A stretch of DNA of 64,000 nucleotides, taken from assembly GCA_027343225.1 (NCBI GenBank), contig DAHWMK010000018.1, positions 4,868 through 68,867 of the forward strand, written 5' to 3'. The notes below the pieces were generated by a model that did no database searches, was not told the DNA's origin, and saw nothing but the letters and a program-made list of their open reading frames with translations. Both the position numbers and the translations under genes were made by a program. Below are positions 1 through 10,368 of the stretch, piece by piece. This DNA comes from Thermoplasmatales archaeon (lineage in GTDB: Archaea > Thermoplasmatota > Thermoplasmata > Thermoplasmatales > GCA-001856825). Within the stretch, counting starts at the first letter, position 1. Every line of letters begins with the position of its first letter.

Positions 1-2886
1 GTTGTTCTTGGCTATCGTGTTTGTGCTCTCTCCATCATTGAAATTGATAGTGCGTTCGCTCTCCTGCATGAACACTGATGCAAGATACGGAACGTTTTCC
101 TTGAGCGTATATGTGGTCTTCCCCGTGAATACTGGAACAATCTCTCCGTTCTGGAGATATCCAGACAGTTCCCCGAAATAAGCATCCTGATCATCCACCT
201 TTTTAAGAGGAGAAAACGAAACCGATGAGTAGAGATCCGCAAACCCTGCCTTCGCAAGGAAATCTAGTAGCCCTCCGTTCTGGTCTATTAGCTGTTTCGA
301 TTCTTGGTAATTCATCAGGGACTCTATATCTACTTCGGAGCTTCCTTCTAAGCCCATCTTGGCCAGTAGCGCTTCCTGCAGTTCCCTTATGATAGCACTC
401 TTGTCCTCCATGAGGACGACGTCCGTAATACCAGTTGATATGATCCCAAATCCAAACGGACTCGGATACCTCGTATAGTCTCGAGATTCTACCTTAATCT
501 CTCCGTCCCGTATTGATTTCAGTATCTTCTCGGAGTTGTCCAGGTCCATCACGATCCCCTCTATCTCCCTGAACGTCTCCTCAATGATCGGGAAGTTCTC
601 CATTGAGAAGAGTATGTTCAGGACTCTTTCACTCCTCAGTTGCTGTCTCGCGACTGATACCTCTCTTCCCCTATATCTCCTTAGTACCATGAACGAACGT
701 GTTGCGCAGTGCCTGAATCGTTGCTTGAAGAGTTCCGTCGATTTGACCGCATTTCTCAGGGACCCGCCTATCCTGATTGTCTGGATAAGATCCTTGATCT
801 TTGCGATTTCAATTCTCCTGTTGAATGTGAGCATGAAGCCATCGTCTGTGAGAGATATTCTGGAATTGACTGAGAAGTTCTTTGATATGTTGAAGGCTAT
901 TATCCTGCTGAGTGCATCGTTGACCCGTCTACCGAACGCGAAGTGGAAAATGACAGAAAACTGGCTCGCCTTGTCGATATAGCCTTCTATCAGGAGATTA
1001 TCATTCGTCGGTATTCCGTATTCCATCTGATTTGAAATGTATGAGATAACGCTCCTCACGCTATTGTCATCGGCATAGTATTCATTCTTCAGGAATTCTT
1101 CCGCACTGCCCTGCTTCATCCTCTCAGCTAGCTCCTTCCTGAATTTGCCCACTTCTATAGATAAATCAAAGGTCCTCGGGAGCATTTCACCGACCCACGA
1201 TGGAACCGTCGGTTTTCTTCCAGATGCATCCTTGATGAATACCTTGTTTCCACGCATCCTGAGGAATTCGTATGTCCTCGCTCCAAGGACGAAAATATCG
1301 CCTCTATGAAGCTTCTCGACAAATTTCTCCGAGAGGGATCCGAGGTGCCTGTTATCTACAGAAAACGCATCATAGTCGGCTTCCTCAGGTATGGTCCCTG
1401 CGTTCGTGAAATAGATCAGTCTTGTACTCTTTTTCCTCCCGAAGGTATGCTCTTTCTTGTCCCACCATATCTTGGAATAAACGTTTCCCTCCTCAAACCC
1501 TCCTGAGAGATAGTTCAGAACGTTCACAAAGTCGCTCTCGCTGAGGTCCCTGTAGCAGTAGGTCTTCCTTACTATTTCTAGAGCTTCGGATTCCAACCAT
1601 TTCTTCTCGAGTGAGATACCTGCTATGAACTGGCTTAAAACATCCAGGGAGTTCCGCGGTATGCTGATACGGTCAAGCTTCTTTGCCCTTGCTTCCCTTA
1701 CCAGTACCAGGGATTCGACCAGGTCGTCTATGTCCATCGGAATTATCCGTCCCTTGGCCGTTGCGAACACGGAATGCCCAGACCTGCCCACTCGCTGGAG
1801 CCCTTTTGCGATTCCCTTGGGTGATCCAACCTGGACGACAAGGTCGATGCTTCCGATGTCGATTCCAAGTTCTAAGGAGGTGGATGATACTGCACACTTC
1901 AGTTCCCCCCTCTTCAGCTTCTCTTCCACATTGAATCTTGATTCCTTTGAGAGACTGGAATGATGGGCTTCAAGGTCCAGAATTCCCCTCTCGATGAGTT
2001 TTGATGATACTCTCTCCGCACCGCTCCTGGTATTGGTGAAAACTAGTGTAGTGGTGTGCTCCTTGACCATGGATTCTATTATGTCGTATGTTCTCTCATT
2101 AATCTGCTCCTGAGGTGCAGAAAAAAGATCGGATACAGGACAGACCACTCGCATATCAAGATTCTTGTTAGATTCTGCCTCAACTATGTGCACGTCAGTC
2201 CGGTCAACATCTCCCACCAGGAACTTCGCGAGCTCATCTATGGGCTCTGTCGTTGCCGAGAGCCCTATTCTGGTTATGGAACCAGTGTTGTGATGAAGGA
2301 ATTCCACTATGAGGCTAAGCAGTTCACCCCTCTTGTTGGAGGCCAAATCGTGAATCTCATCGATTATCAGGAATTCCACCCCCCTGAATCTCTCTTTGAA
2401 CTTGGGGGAGAATAACGCAAGTGCAAGTGATTCGGGTGTCGTGATGAAGATGTGTGGCGGAGTCTTGTTCATTTTCTGCCTGACATACTGGCTTGTGTCT
2501 CCCTACCTTACTCCGACCCTTATCTTCGGTATATGAATACCCTTCGTCTCAGCCATGTTCCGTATCTCTTCTAGCGGAACCTCAAGATTCCTATGAATAT
2601 CGTTTGCGAGGGCCTTGAGCGGAGATACGTAAACGCAGTATATCTTGTCCTCGAGTTTGTTCTCTTTGGCAAGAAGGAACAGTTCGTTTATCGTGACCAG
2701 GAATCCTGACAGGGTTTTACCCGTCCCTGTTGGAGAGGATATCAGGACGTTCTTCCTCTGGTGAATAAGAGGAATTCCAATCTTCTGGGCCGTGGTGGCG
2801 TTGTTGTACTTGGAGGTGAACCATTCCAACACCAGAGGATCGAGATATTGCTCCAAATCGTACTCATTATTACCTCTTATTATCAT
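1..2886 (-). CDS. lhr: Lhr-family ATP-dependent helicase, interrupted by an in-frame TAG at 2503-2505; 3' end runs off the left edge
   Basis: Motif I SPTGTGKT and motif Ia YVSPLKALANDI. The same frame continues past the TAG as GDTSQYVRQKMNKTPPHIFITTPESL, then IIDEIH and HHSSLS. I found no further stop in the parts read, and the ORF track reports no closed ORF in this frame. Confidence 0.9.
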
Positions 2887-3120
2887 TTAGATTCCTGCGT
2901 AGTGCGAAAGGTATCTGGAGAAGCTATAAAAACATGTGGCAAGGTGTTCCTGACAAGAGTGGAGATGCCTCCGTAGGAGATCAAAGAAGGGGATAATATT
3001 TGGCAGAGAAAGAACAAAAAATCTTACCCACTTTGGTGTAGACTGTAAAATGCAGGGGCCAAGAAGGGATCTATGATCTTCAGAGAGTAGAACCAGCCCA
3101 TTTAAGTTCCAATAAATATG

Positions 3121-3525
3121 TCAGTAATTGTCTACGTGAAATACAGCCATCTTTTCTAGAAGTTCCTCTGTCGATTTAACCCCCCAGAAGTTCTTTTTCT
3201 CTTGACTCTCTGATATTTCTGGAGTTCTTCTTTGTCCGTTGCCCCGTTCAACCTTCACCACAGTTCCTGAGTAATTCTTCACTCCTACCAGGTCAAAAGC
3301 TTTATGCACCTGTCTCTGTAGCGAGACGTAGAGCAATATCTCGTTCCAGAGAGACTTGCTTATCATTCGCCCGCTATCAGAATTTTCTTGAGCGTATTTT
3401 ATTGCAACATTCAGGTGTCGGTTACCGAGGATTCTGTCTTCCCTGATTAGCGAGCAGTCAGTGAAACTATTGGATTTTCTTTCATCAAAGGAGTTTAAAA
3501 AATAGTAGATAAGGTCAACTGGGAT
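3121..3525 (-). CDS. cgi121: KEOPS complex subunit Cgi121; proposed ATC start at 3525 (first ATG at 3366)
   Basis: The frame reads LIREDRILGNRHLNVAIKYAQE...MISKSLWNEILLYVSLQRQVHKAFDLVGVK, matching the Cgi121 HL..A and EILLY...RQI..A pattern. GGTGA lies 6 nt before the ATC. The start is uncertain. Confidence 0.75.
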   Translation of the reverse strand: MPVDLIYYFLNSFDERKSNSFTDCSLIREDRILGNRHLNVAIKYAQENSDSGRMISKSLWNEILLYVSLQRQVHKAFDLVGVKNYSGTVVKVERGNGQRRTPEISESQEKKNFWGVKSTEELLEKMAVFHVDNY

Positions 3526-5452
3526 TGGCCATCACCTGGCCGGTGGGCACTGAAAAGTCAAACTTTGAAAGCAGAGAAGTCTTTGATTTCGTCGACGCAA
3601 GAACTAGATTCAGAACATCGCTAATCGTCTTCACGACGTGAATCTGTATCTTGGCTTTCTGTGTTTCCTCAAGCACAATGTCTCCCTTGTTGCTTTCTGG
3701 GACAATTACGTTCTTGAAACCAGCCTCAATGGCGGCCTCAACCTTTGCAGTTACCCCTCCGACTGGCAGAACCTGACCCCTAATTGATAGAGAGCCTGTC
3801 ATCGCATACGACTGGTCTACGGGAATCCCTTCCATAGCTGAAACCACTGCCGTTGCAATGGTGATGCTAGCGGAATCTCCCTCCACTCCTTCATAACTTC
3901 CGATGAACTGTATGTGGACGTCGTGGTTCGCTATGTCCTGTCCAGTGTATTTCTTTATTACCGCAGATACGTTTTGTACTGCTTCCTTCGCAATCTCTCC
4001 AAGCTTTCCCGTGGCTATGACCTTTCCGCTCTCCTTCTCTTGTGCGGGGGTGACTTCTGCTGCAACTGGCATGACTATACCAGAGTATTCAGCCATCCCT
4101 GATCCAGCACTGAAGACAGCAAGTCCATTGACTATTCCAATCGAGTATCCTTCGTTCGTGAATGTCCTGTAGTTCTTATTCGCCTCTATGTGTTTATCTG
4201 CGATCTGTTGCTCCAGCGGCCTGGCCTTCACTTTTGCTTTTATAACGTGTTCGCTGGTAACGACATTGGATGCTACCTGAACTGCAAGATCTCCTGCGAT
4301 CCTAATCAGGCCACCCATTTCCCTCAGCCTTAGTGTTATCTTTCCTTTTCTCCCCGCCCTCTTTTGTGCTTCCCTTATCACTTCGGCAATTCCGGTATAG
4401 TCGAATGGCGGGATCTTCTTGTCCTTTGCGACTTCCTGGCCGACGAATCTCATCACCTTTTCCCTATTCTCCTCCGTATCGTCCATTAGGGTGTTCATGT
4501 AGACTTCGTAACCATAACCCCTGATCCTTGACCTTAGTGCCGGGTGCATGCCCTGGAGGGCATCCAAGTTCCCGGAAGCAACCAAGATAAAATCACACGG
4601 TACCATTTCGGTCTGTACCAGTGCACCTGCTGATCTCTCGCTCTGTCCGGAGATTGTGTATTTCTTCTCCTGCATCGCAGTCAGCAGACTCTGCTGACTC
4701 TCCATCCTGAGTGTATTTATTTCGTCTATGAAGAGCACACCCTTGTTTGCCTTGTGTATGTTACCAGCCTCCACTCTGAGATGTGCGGGCGTCTCAAGCC
4801 CACCAGATTGGAACGGGTCGTGCCTCACATCTCCCAGTAACGCACCTGCCTGCGCTCCAGTAGAGTCTATAAAAGGTGGTTTGTCTTCCTTGTCATGCCC
4901 CACGAGAAGCTTTGGGACTAGAGTCTTGTCTTCCCTAGCTATAGGTCCCATGTTCAGAGCAATGTACAGGAATGCCGCGGCCATTATAGCAAAGAATATC
5001 GGGTCAGGATTGATCGTTTTTGTGGTTGGATAATTTATGAATGAAAAGATCAACCCTATGATGACTATGAAGATGACCAATATCCTCACGCTTCGCTGCC
5101 TCTCTGTCTTCTCCTGATCTGCTCTCTTCTGGTAGTCCTTTGTTATCTCCTTACCCTTTCCAGCAGGGACTGTCACAATTTTAGGACGATTAGCGTCTTC
5201 TGGATTATGGAAGACCAGAATATCCTCTAGTTCTTCCTTTGGAATGAAATCTGTCATCGACTGTGCCAGCATTGACTTGCCGGTACCGGGTTCGCCTATC
5301 AGGATTACGTGTCTCTTCTGTTTCGCAGCCCTCTTTATTACCTCTACACCCTGGTCCTGGCCAATGACCTGGTCAACAAGCCTTTCAGGTATCTTGATGT
5401 CATTCGTAGTGTTTATCCCTTTAGACTTAATCCATTCAGCCAACTCATCCAT
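3515..5452 (-). CDS. lonB: ATP-dependent protease LonB (archaeal, membrane-anchored)
   Basis: Walker A GEPGTGKS, two-helix hydrophobic insert, Walker B LFIDEI, catalytic EGDSAS and PVGGVTAK. Confidence 0.97.
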   Translation of the reverse strand: MDELAEWIKSKGINTTNDIKIPERLVDQVIGQDQGVEVIKRAAKQKRHVILIGEPGTGKSMLAQSMTDFIPKEELEDILVFHNPEDANRPKIVTVPAGKGKEITKDYQKRADQEKTERQRSVRILVIFIVIIGLIFSFINYPTTKTINPDPIFFAIMAAAFLYIALNMGPIAREDKTLVPKLLVGHDKEDKPPFIDSTGAQAGALLGDVRHDPFQSGGLETPAHLRVEAGNIHKANKGVLFIDEINTLRMESQQSLLTAMQEKKYTISGQSERSAGALVQTEMVPCDFILVASGNLDALQGMHPALRSRIRGYGYEVYMNTLMDDTEENREKVMRFVGQEVAKDKKIPPFDYTGIAEVIREAQKRAGRKGKITLRLREMGGLIRIAGDLAVQVASNVVTSEHVIKAKVKARPLEQQIADKHIEANKNYRTFTNEGYSIGIVNGLAVFSAGSGMAEYSGIVMPVAAEVTPAQEKESGKVIATGKLGEIAKEAVQNVSAVIKKYTGQDIANHDVHIQFIGSYEGVEGDSASITIATAVVSAMEGIPVDQSYAMTGSLSIRGQVLPVGGVTAKVEAAIEAGFKNVIVPESNKGDIVLEETQKAKIQIHVVKTISDVLNLVLASTKSKTSLLSKFDFSVPTGQVMANPS

Positions 5453-5552
5453 TCGGTAGGCAAGTGAAAATCCCTAAATAAGTGTTTTGTTGAAGTTTTC
5501 CTGGCCAAACATAGTCTGGGTGAAGTTTAATCCTCGAAAATAATTATCTACC

Positions 5553-6359
5553 ATGATCCTGGATGGAAGACCTATCGCAAAGGAAATGCTTGAGGAAGTT
5601 CGAAAAGGCGTTTCTGAACTGGGGAAGATTTCACTAGCTTCTGTTGCGTATCAGGAAGATCAGGAATCAATCGTCTATTTCAACAGCATCAAGAAAAATG
5701 CTGAGAAGATTGGAATAAACTTCGTCCCACTGGTCATCAAGGGAGAGGAGCTTATGGAGACCATAGATAAGATCAACAAAAACCCTGAGATTGACGCGGT
5801 TATAGTTGGCAGACCATTTCCGAAGGGTGTCACCAACCAGATGGTGTCGGAAGCACTCGACCCCGACAAGGATGCTGACTGTGTTACTTACGAGAACATG
5901 GGCCAGCTCTACTTTGGAGTGGAGAGAATAGCTCCTGCAACACCCAGAGCCGCGATCGACATACTCACTCACAACGGCTATGATTTGAAAGGGAAGAATG
6001 CATTGATCATTAACAGATCGGTGACTGTGGGGCGCCCATTGTCCCAGATGTTATTGAACAGAGATGCTACAGTCACTGTTGCCCATAGCAAGACTCAAAA
6101 AATGGAAGAACTGGTGGATGAAAACGATGTGATTTTCCTTGCAGTGGCAAAGCCGGGATATCTCAAGTCCTCGACCATCAAGAGCAGGAAGACAATAGTC
6201 GATATCGGAATAAACGTAGTTGACGGTAAAGTAAGAGGAGACTTCGATCCGGACGTGGCTAATGCGCTGGTCGATTATACCCCTGTACCTGGAGGAGTTG
6301 GAGCAGTCACCAGTGTGGAGATCCTAAAGAATGTACTGGAGCTTTTGAAGACCAGATAA
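5553..6359 (+). CDS. folD: Bifunctional methylenetetrahydrofolate dehydrogenase/cyclohydrolase
   Basis: MILDGR start, KDAD, PATP, RSVTVGRP, VDIGIN and TPVPGGVG motifs. Confidence 0.95.
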   Translation: MILDGRPIAKEMLEEVRKGVSELGKISLASVAYQEDQESIVYFNSIKKNAEKIGINFVPLVIKGEELMETIDKINKNPEIDAVIVGRPFPKGVTNQMVSEALDPDKDADCVTYENMGQLYFGVERIAPATPRAAIDILTHNGYDLKGKNALIINRSVTVGRPLSQMLLNRDATVTVAHSKTQKMEELVDENDVIFLAVAKPGYLKSSTIKSRKTIVDIGINVVDGKVRGDFDPDVANALVDYTPVPGGVGAVTSVEILKNVLELLKTR

Positions 6360-6361
6360 CA

Positions 6362-6369
6362 TTTATAAA
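6362..6369 (+). promoter_or_regulatory. Putative TATA box of the rpl18e-rpl13-rps9-rpoN-tRNA operon
   Basis: TTTATAAA about 38 nt upstream of the rpl18e ATG, with an AGGTG SD-like motif in between. Confidence 0.45.
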
Positions 6370-6406
6370 TAGTAAATCCATACCTTCCGACCCAGGTGCT
6401 TGATAA

Positions 6407-6763
6407 ATGGGCGTAAACGAAAAAGATGAAAGGGAGAGACTTGCGATAGAGATGAAGAAGACAGCCTTAGAGAACGATTCAAGATTCTGGGGCGACGTAG
6501 CGAAAAGAATAAGAAAGTCAAAGGACAACCTGGTAGAGGTGAACGTGGGAAAGATTTCGCGTTTCTCATCTATGGACGATACTGTGGTTGTTCCGGGCGT
6601 TGTACTTGGCTCAGGACGAATAGAGGAACCTGTAAAAGTTGCTGCGTTGTACTTTTCGAAATCGGCCAGATCCAAAATAGAGGGGGCCGGGGGAAAGGCA
6701 ATTACACTAAGAGAACTCATGAGCGAGAACTCTAAGGGAACAAAGATCAAGATAATAGGGTGA
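6407..6763 (+). CDS. rpl18e: 50S ribosomal protein L18e
   Basis: VNVGKI, VVVPGVVLGSG, VAALYFSKSARSKIEGAGG; position in the operon. Confidence 0.95.
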   Translation: MGVNEKDERERLAIEMKKTALENDSRFWGDVAKRIRKSKDNLVEVNVGKISRFSSMDDTVVVPGVVLGSGRIEEPVKVAALYFSKSARSKIEGAGGKAITLRELMSENSKGTKIKIIG

Positions 6764-6769
6764 TGTGAA

Positions 6770-7201
6770 ATTAGAATTATTGATGGTAGCAATCTGGTTC
6801 TTGGGAGGGCTTCTACTTACATTGCCAAGGAGCTCTTGACAAAGAACGATGAAATTGTTGTCGTGAATGCAGAGAAAGCCGTTGTTTCTGGAAGGAGAAG
6901 GTACACAATTGAGAGGTACAAGATGGAGAGAGACGTGGGATCCGTAAGAAAGGGACCGAGATTTCCAAAGGAAGCTGACAGGATCTTCCGGAGGACGGTA
7001 AGGGGAATGCTTCCGATGAAGAACTCTAGAGGAATTGAGGCTCTAAAGAGACTGAGGGTCTATATAGGAGTACCAAACGACTTCAAGGGAAAGGAATTCG
7101 AAAAACTTGAGGAATACCAGAACAAGCACGTTGCAAACGTGACAACGCTCTATGAAATTTGCAAAGAATTGGGATCGAAAGTGATTGTAGATGGTAATTG
7201 A
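6770..7201 (+). CDS. rpl13: 50S ribosomal protein L13; proposed ATT start at 6770
   Basis: The conserved N-terminus [22 protein letters not shown] lies upstream of the first TTG (6836). Also [12 protein letters not shown] and RTVRGMLP. Confidence 0.93.
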   Translation: MRIIDGSNLVLGRASTYIAKELLTKNDEIVVVNAEKAVVSGRRRYTIERYKMERDVGSVRKGPRFPKEADRIFRRTVRGMLPMKNSRGIEALKRLRVYIGVPNDFKGKEFEKLEEYQNKHVANVTTLYEICKELGSKVIVDGN

Positions 7202-7586
7202 GACTAGTGGAGCTAGGAAGACGGCAGTTGCTAGAGCAACTATAAAGGAAGGCAAGGGTAGAATCAGGATAAACGGGATTCCGATAGAGATCTATCAACC
7301 GGAACTGTCCAAGCTGAAGATGATGGAACCGATCACACTTGCAGGCGAAAGGATTGGAAAGGTGGATATTTCCGTCAACACGAGAGGGGGAGGGATAATG
7401 GGACAGGCTGAAGCGGCCAGAACTGCCATCTCAAGGGCAATCGTGGACTTCTTCAAAGATCAGGACCTGGAGAAGACTTTCAAGGATTACGACAGAGCCC
7501 TGCTCGTGAATGATGTGAGAAGGAAGCTCCCCAAGAAACCGGGAGGAACGGGAGCGAGAAAGAAGAAACAGAAATCGTACAGGTGA
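7191..7586 (+). CDS. rps9: 30S ribosomal protein S9
   Basis: [22 protein letters not shown]-terminal QKSYR. Confidence 0.97.
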   Translation: MVIETSGARKTAVARATIKEGKGRIRINGIPIEIYQPELSKLKMMEPITLAGERIGKVDISVNTRGGGIMGQAEAARTAISRAIVDFFKDQDLEKTFKDYDRALLVNDVRRKLPKKPGGTGARKKKQKSYR

Positions 7587-7590
7587 AATT

Positions 7591-7812
7591 ATGATAATTC
7601 CTGTTAGGTGTTTCAGCTGCGGAAGGGTCATTGGATCTGATTACGTTAGGTTTACCAACAAGGTAGAAGAAATAAGGAAATCAAAGAACAGGGAGCCAAG
7701 TTCAGAAGAGATATCTGGAATTCTGGACGATCTGAACGTAACAAGGTATTGCTGCAGGAGAATGATCCTTTCTAACGCAGAACTCCTTGAAGAGATATTA
7801 CCATTTGATTGA
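7591..7812 (+). CDS. rpoN: RNA polymerase subunit N (Rpo10)
   Basis: MIIPVRCFSCG and RYCCRRM zinc-binding motifs. Confidence 0.97.
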   Translation: MIIPVRCFSCGRVIGSDYVRFTNKVEEIRKSKNREPSSEEISGILDDLNVTRYCCRRMILSNAELLEEILPFD

Positions 7813-7813
7813 A

Positions 7814-7888
7814 GGGGCCATAGGGTAGATTGGACCATCCTACCAGCTTGGGGTGTTGGTGACCCGAGTTCAAATCTCGGTGGCCCCA
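7814..7888 (+). tRNA. tRNA-Pro (anticodon GGG), intronless, CCA not encoded
   Basis: Acceptor stem GGGGCCA/TGGCCCC plus discriminator A. Anticodon arm CCAGC-TTGGGGT-GTTGG. T arm CCGAG-TTCAAAT-CTCGG. Starts 1 nt after the rpoN stop. Confidence 0.95.
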
Positions 7889-8154
7889 CTTACATTTGGG
7901 GGATATAGATAAGACCAAAAAAACTCACCCCCTATATAAACTAATATTCATAGTTCTATATATTAATTGTTTACTTTGGCGAGAATGAACGTCTGTACAT
8001 TTGGGCCAGTATACTTAGAATCTTAGACTTGTTTTTCAATCCCTTTCCATTTCTTATTTTCTGATTAATCTTCTTTTGCTGATACCATACCGTTGATTTA
8101 TTGATTTTTAAGTCTTTCCTTTGCGATTTCTGGCTAAAGCAATGCTTCGCAATA

Positions 8155-9510
8155 CTATCCCTTGAGCTTTTCCTTGACTGGCACTTTTGTGAATATCACT
8201 GCCATTATCACCGTCGAAAGGGCAGCAATGAAGGCGATGTATCTCATCACGACTTGGGAGTTGGAAGGGAGATAGACTGCGCTATAGTACAAGCCAACAA
8301 ATGCACCCGACAGGGCGTAGGGAACCCTTTCTATCAACCCCTGAATTCCGAAGTACATACCCTCTCTTCTGTAACCTGTTTTTAGTTCATCCTCGTCTAT
8401 TATGTCAGAGAGTATAGCATAGGTGAGGATGATTGGTGCGGTCGCACCCAGCCCAACTATCGCGAGGATAGGGATCAGCACTACGAGAGGAGGATTTGAA
8501 GGCATGACCCCGAGCAGAACCATACCCAGTGCAAGAATGGACGAGAGTATGATCATAGCTTTTTTCTTTGTTAACCTCTTTGACAGCTTTATCGTGACGA
8601 CCGAAAATATCGCCAAGAAGACGAATATTATTGCAAGAATGAAGGATGAATAGCTTGAATAAGTTGATTCAGTACTTCCGGGAAGTATCACTATTCCTGT
8701 GTAGTATGTTATTGCATTCACGAAAGAATACATCCCGAATATTATGAACACATATGCGGCTATGAAAATTAGAAAGGTCCTGTTTCTTAGGGTGCTGAAA
8801 AGTGCGGTCTGAAGATTGAACGATTGAGGGGAGAGGGACTGGAACCTTTCTTTCCTGATCGACACCAGAGGCACCAGGAACGATATTAAGATTATCACCG
8901 TCACCATTGCGCCTATATCGGCGAACGAATAACCCATATTGAGCAGAATCCCTGTGACGAACAGCAACAGTATAGTCGGTATGACATTGAAATATGAGCT
9001 GACGCTTAGAAGCTTCACTCTGTCGTTTGAATTCAAAGATATTTCAGGTATCATGGCAAGGTAAGGAAGCACAACGAATGCATAGAAGAAATTGAAGATC
9101 GCAAAGTCGACTGCAACGTATACGAAGTTCGCCATTTGATTGTGTGATATGGGTCTGAACAGCAGCATGAAGCTTACTGCCAAAGGAATGAACCCTGTCA
9201 TTATGAACGGTCTCCTTCTTCCCATTTTCCATTTCAGTTTATCGCTCAGGTTTCCAATAAAAGGATTGGCCAGGGCTTGAATTATGACCCCAACACCGTA
9301 TGCCAGTCCCAGCAGCGATGCAGACATGAGCTGAGTCCCTCCGTGAGGAGCATAGATGGCCCAGAGATATACGAAAAAGTATGTCGGCAGGTTGACTCCC
9401 ATCTGTCCAAAGCTGTAGAGGACTTTCAACCTCATTGGCAGTATACCTGACGATGATGGACCTGAACTGCTGCCTTTTCCAACAACATCCGAGGTACTGG
9501 ATGCTACCAT
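8155..9510 (-). CDS. MFS transporter, GPH/MelB-like glycoside:cation symporter
   Basis: About 12 hydrophobic helices; NPFIGNLSDK...GRRRPF, PYLAMIPEI and DIIDEDELKTGYRREGMYFG motifs. Confidence 0.88.
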   Translation of the reverse strand: MVASSTSDVVGKGSSSGPSSSGILPMRLKVLYSFGQMGVNLPTYFFVYLWAIYAPHGGTQLMSASLLGLAYGVGVIIQALANPFIGNLSDKLKWKMGRRRPFIMTGFIPLAVSFMLLFRPISHNQMANFVYVAVDFAIFNFFYAFVVLPYLAMIPEISLNSNDRVKLLSVSSYFNVIPTILLLFVTGILLNMGYSFADIGAMVTVIILISFLVPLVSIRKERFQSLSPQSFNLQTALFSTLRNRTFLIFIAAYVFIIFGMYSFVNAITYYTGIVILPGSTESTYSSYSSFILAIIFVFLAIFSVVTIKLSKRLTKKKAMIILSSILALGMVLLGVMPSNPPLVVLIPILAIVGLGATAPIILTYAILSDIIDEDELKTGYRREGMYFGIQGLIERVPYALSGAFVGLYYSAVYLPSNSQVVMRYIAFIAALSTVIMAVIFTKVPVKEKLKG

Positions 9511-10256
9511 GGGTTCATTCCCCCCAGAACATTGATGTGCAATTCGTGAGGCATGAGTACTCTGAAAGGCTCTGCATACTGAGTTCCTATCCGATTTGCA
9601 TACAGCTTAGAAATACCCTTGATCATTTCCAGTGCAGAATCATCTGGAAACTGGGAACTATGAACTCTGATTGCTGAGATCTTTCTATCCATGCTGTCGG
9701 TGCAGTCAAGTATTACATTGGGAGTATAAGTGAATCCAAGTGCAACGTTTGGGCTCTTAACAGGCTTACCCTCCCCGATATTTGGGAATTCTTCGAAAAG
9801 GACTGCCTGAAGAACTGCCAATCCGGTATTCAAGTGGTCAGGATGTGCCTCGTAAGGAAGGAACGGGTCTACGGTTATAACAAGATCCGGAGAGAGTTCT
9901 CTAATGATCTTTATAAAATCGTTTCTGAGTACCGAGGGCTGCGGTACCTCAGAATCCCTGTAACCGAGGAATCTAACGCTATCTGATCCAAGAGTCTTTA
10001 TGGCCTTCCGTTGTTCCATCTCTCTGATCTTCTTAAGTTCTTCTTCATCAATCGTCCTGCTTCCCTTTCTCCCGTCGCTGACGACCACCAGGTGGAACTC
10101 TGATTTCTCCATAATTTTCCTTGCAATGAATCCTCCTGCTATGAGCTCGTTATCGTCGGGATGTGGTGAGAAAGTCACGATTCTCTTTGACTGTAAGAGA
10201 ATTTCTTTTCTTGATTCATCCAGTTCGATTTGTTTGAGGTGCTCAGAAAAGTCCAT
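9504..10256 (-). CDS. PIG-L family deacetylase (N,N'-diacetylchitobiose deacetylase-like)
   Basis: SPHPDD and YEAHPDH zinc motifs, HSSQF, YAEPFRV. Confidence 0.88.
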   Translation of the reverse strand: MDFSEHLKQIELDESRKEILLQSKRIVTFSPHPDDNELIAGGFIARKIMEKSEFHLVVVSDGRKGSRTIDEEELKKIREMEQRKAIKTLGSDSVRFLGYRDSEVPQPSVLRNDFIKIIRELSPDLVITVDPFLPYEAHPDHLNTGLAVLQAVLFEEFPNIGEGKPVKSPNVALGFTYTPNVILDCTDSMDRKISAIRVHSSQFPDDSALEMIKGISKLYANRIGTQYAEPFRVLMPHELHINVLGGMNPW

Positions 10257-10368
10257 ATGAATTAGAATTCTGCACTACATTTAAACCTTATTTGGATTTA
10301 GATGCGCTAAAGGTACTGAAAGTCTATAATTCTGAACAATTTCTTATTATGGAAGAGCATTAAGTGTC

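Noticed and set aside
536-2415. Several + strand ORFs (148, 112, 119 aa and others) in the apparent gene gap
   Set aside because: They are antisense shadows of the Lhr frame, which the ORF track missed because it is open to the window edge.
2503-2505. Genome-wide TAG reassignment (pyrrolysine-type code)
   Set aside because: TAG terminates glyA, gatE, the ETF fusion and others at their expected ends. No pyl genes or CUA tRNA are in the window.
7641-7889. 82-aa minus-strand ORF starting MGPPRFELGS
   Set aside because: It is the antisense translation of tRNA-Pro and rpoN.
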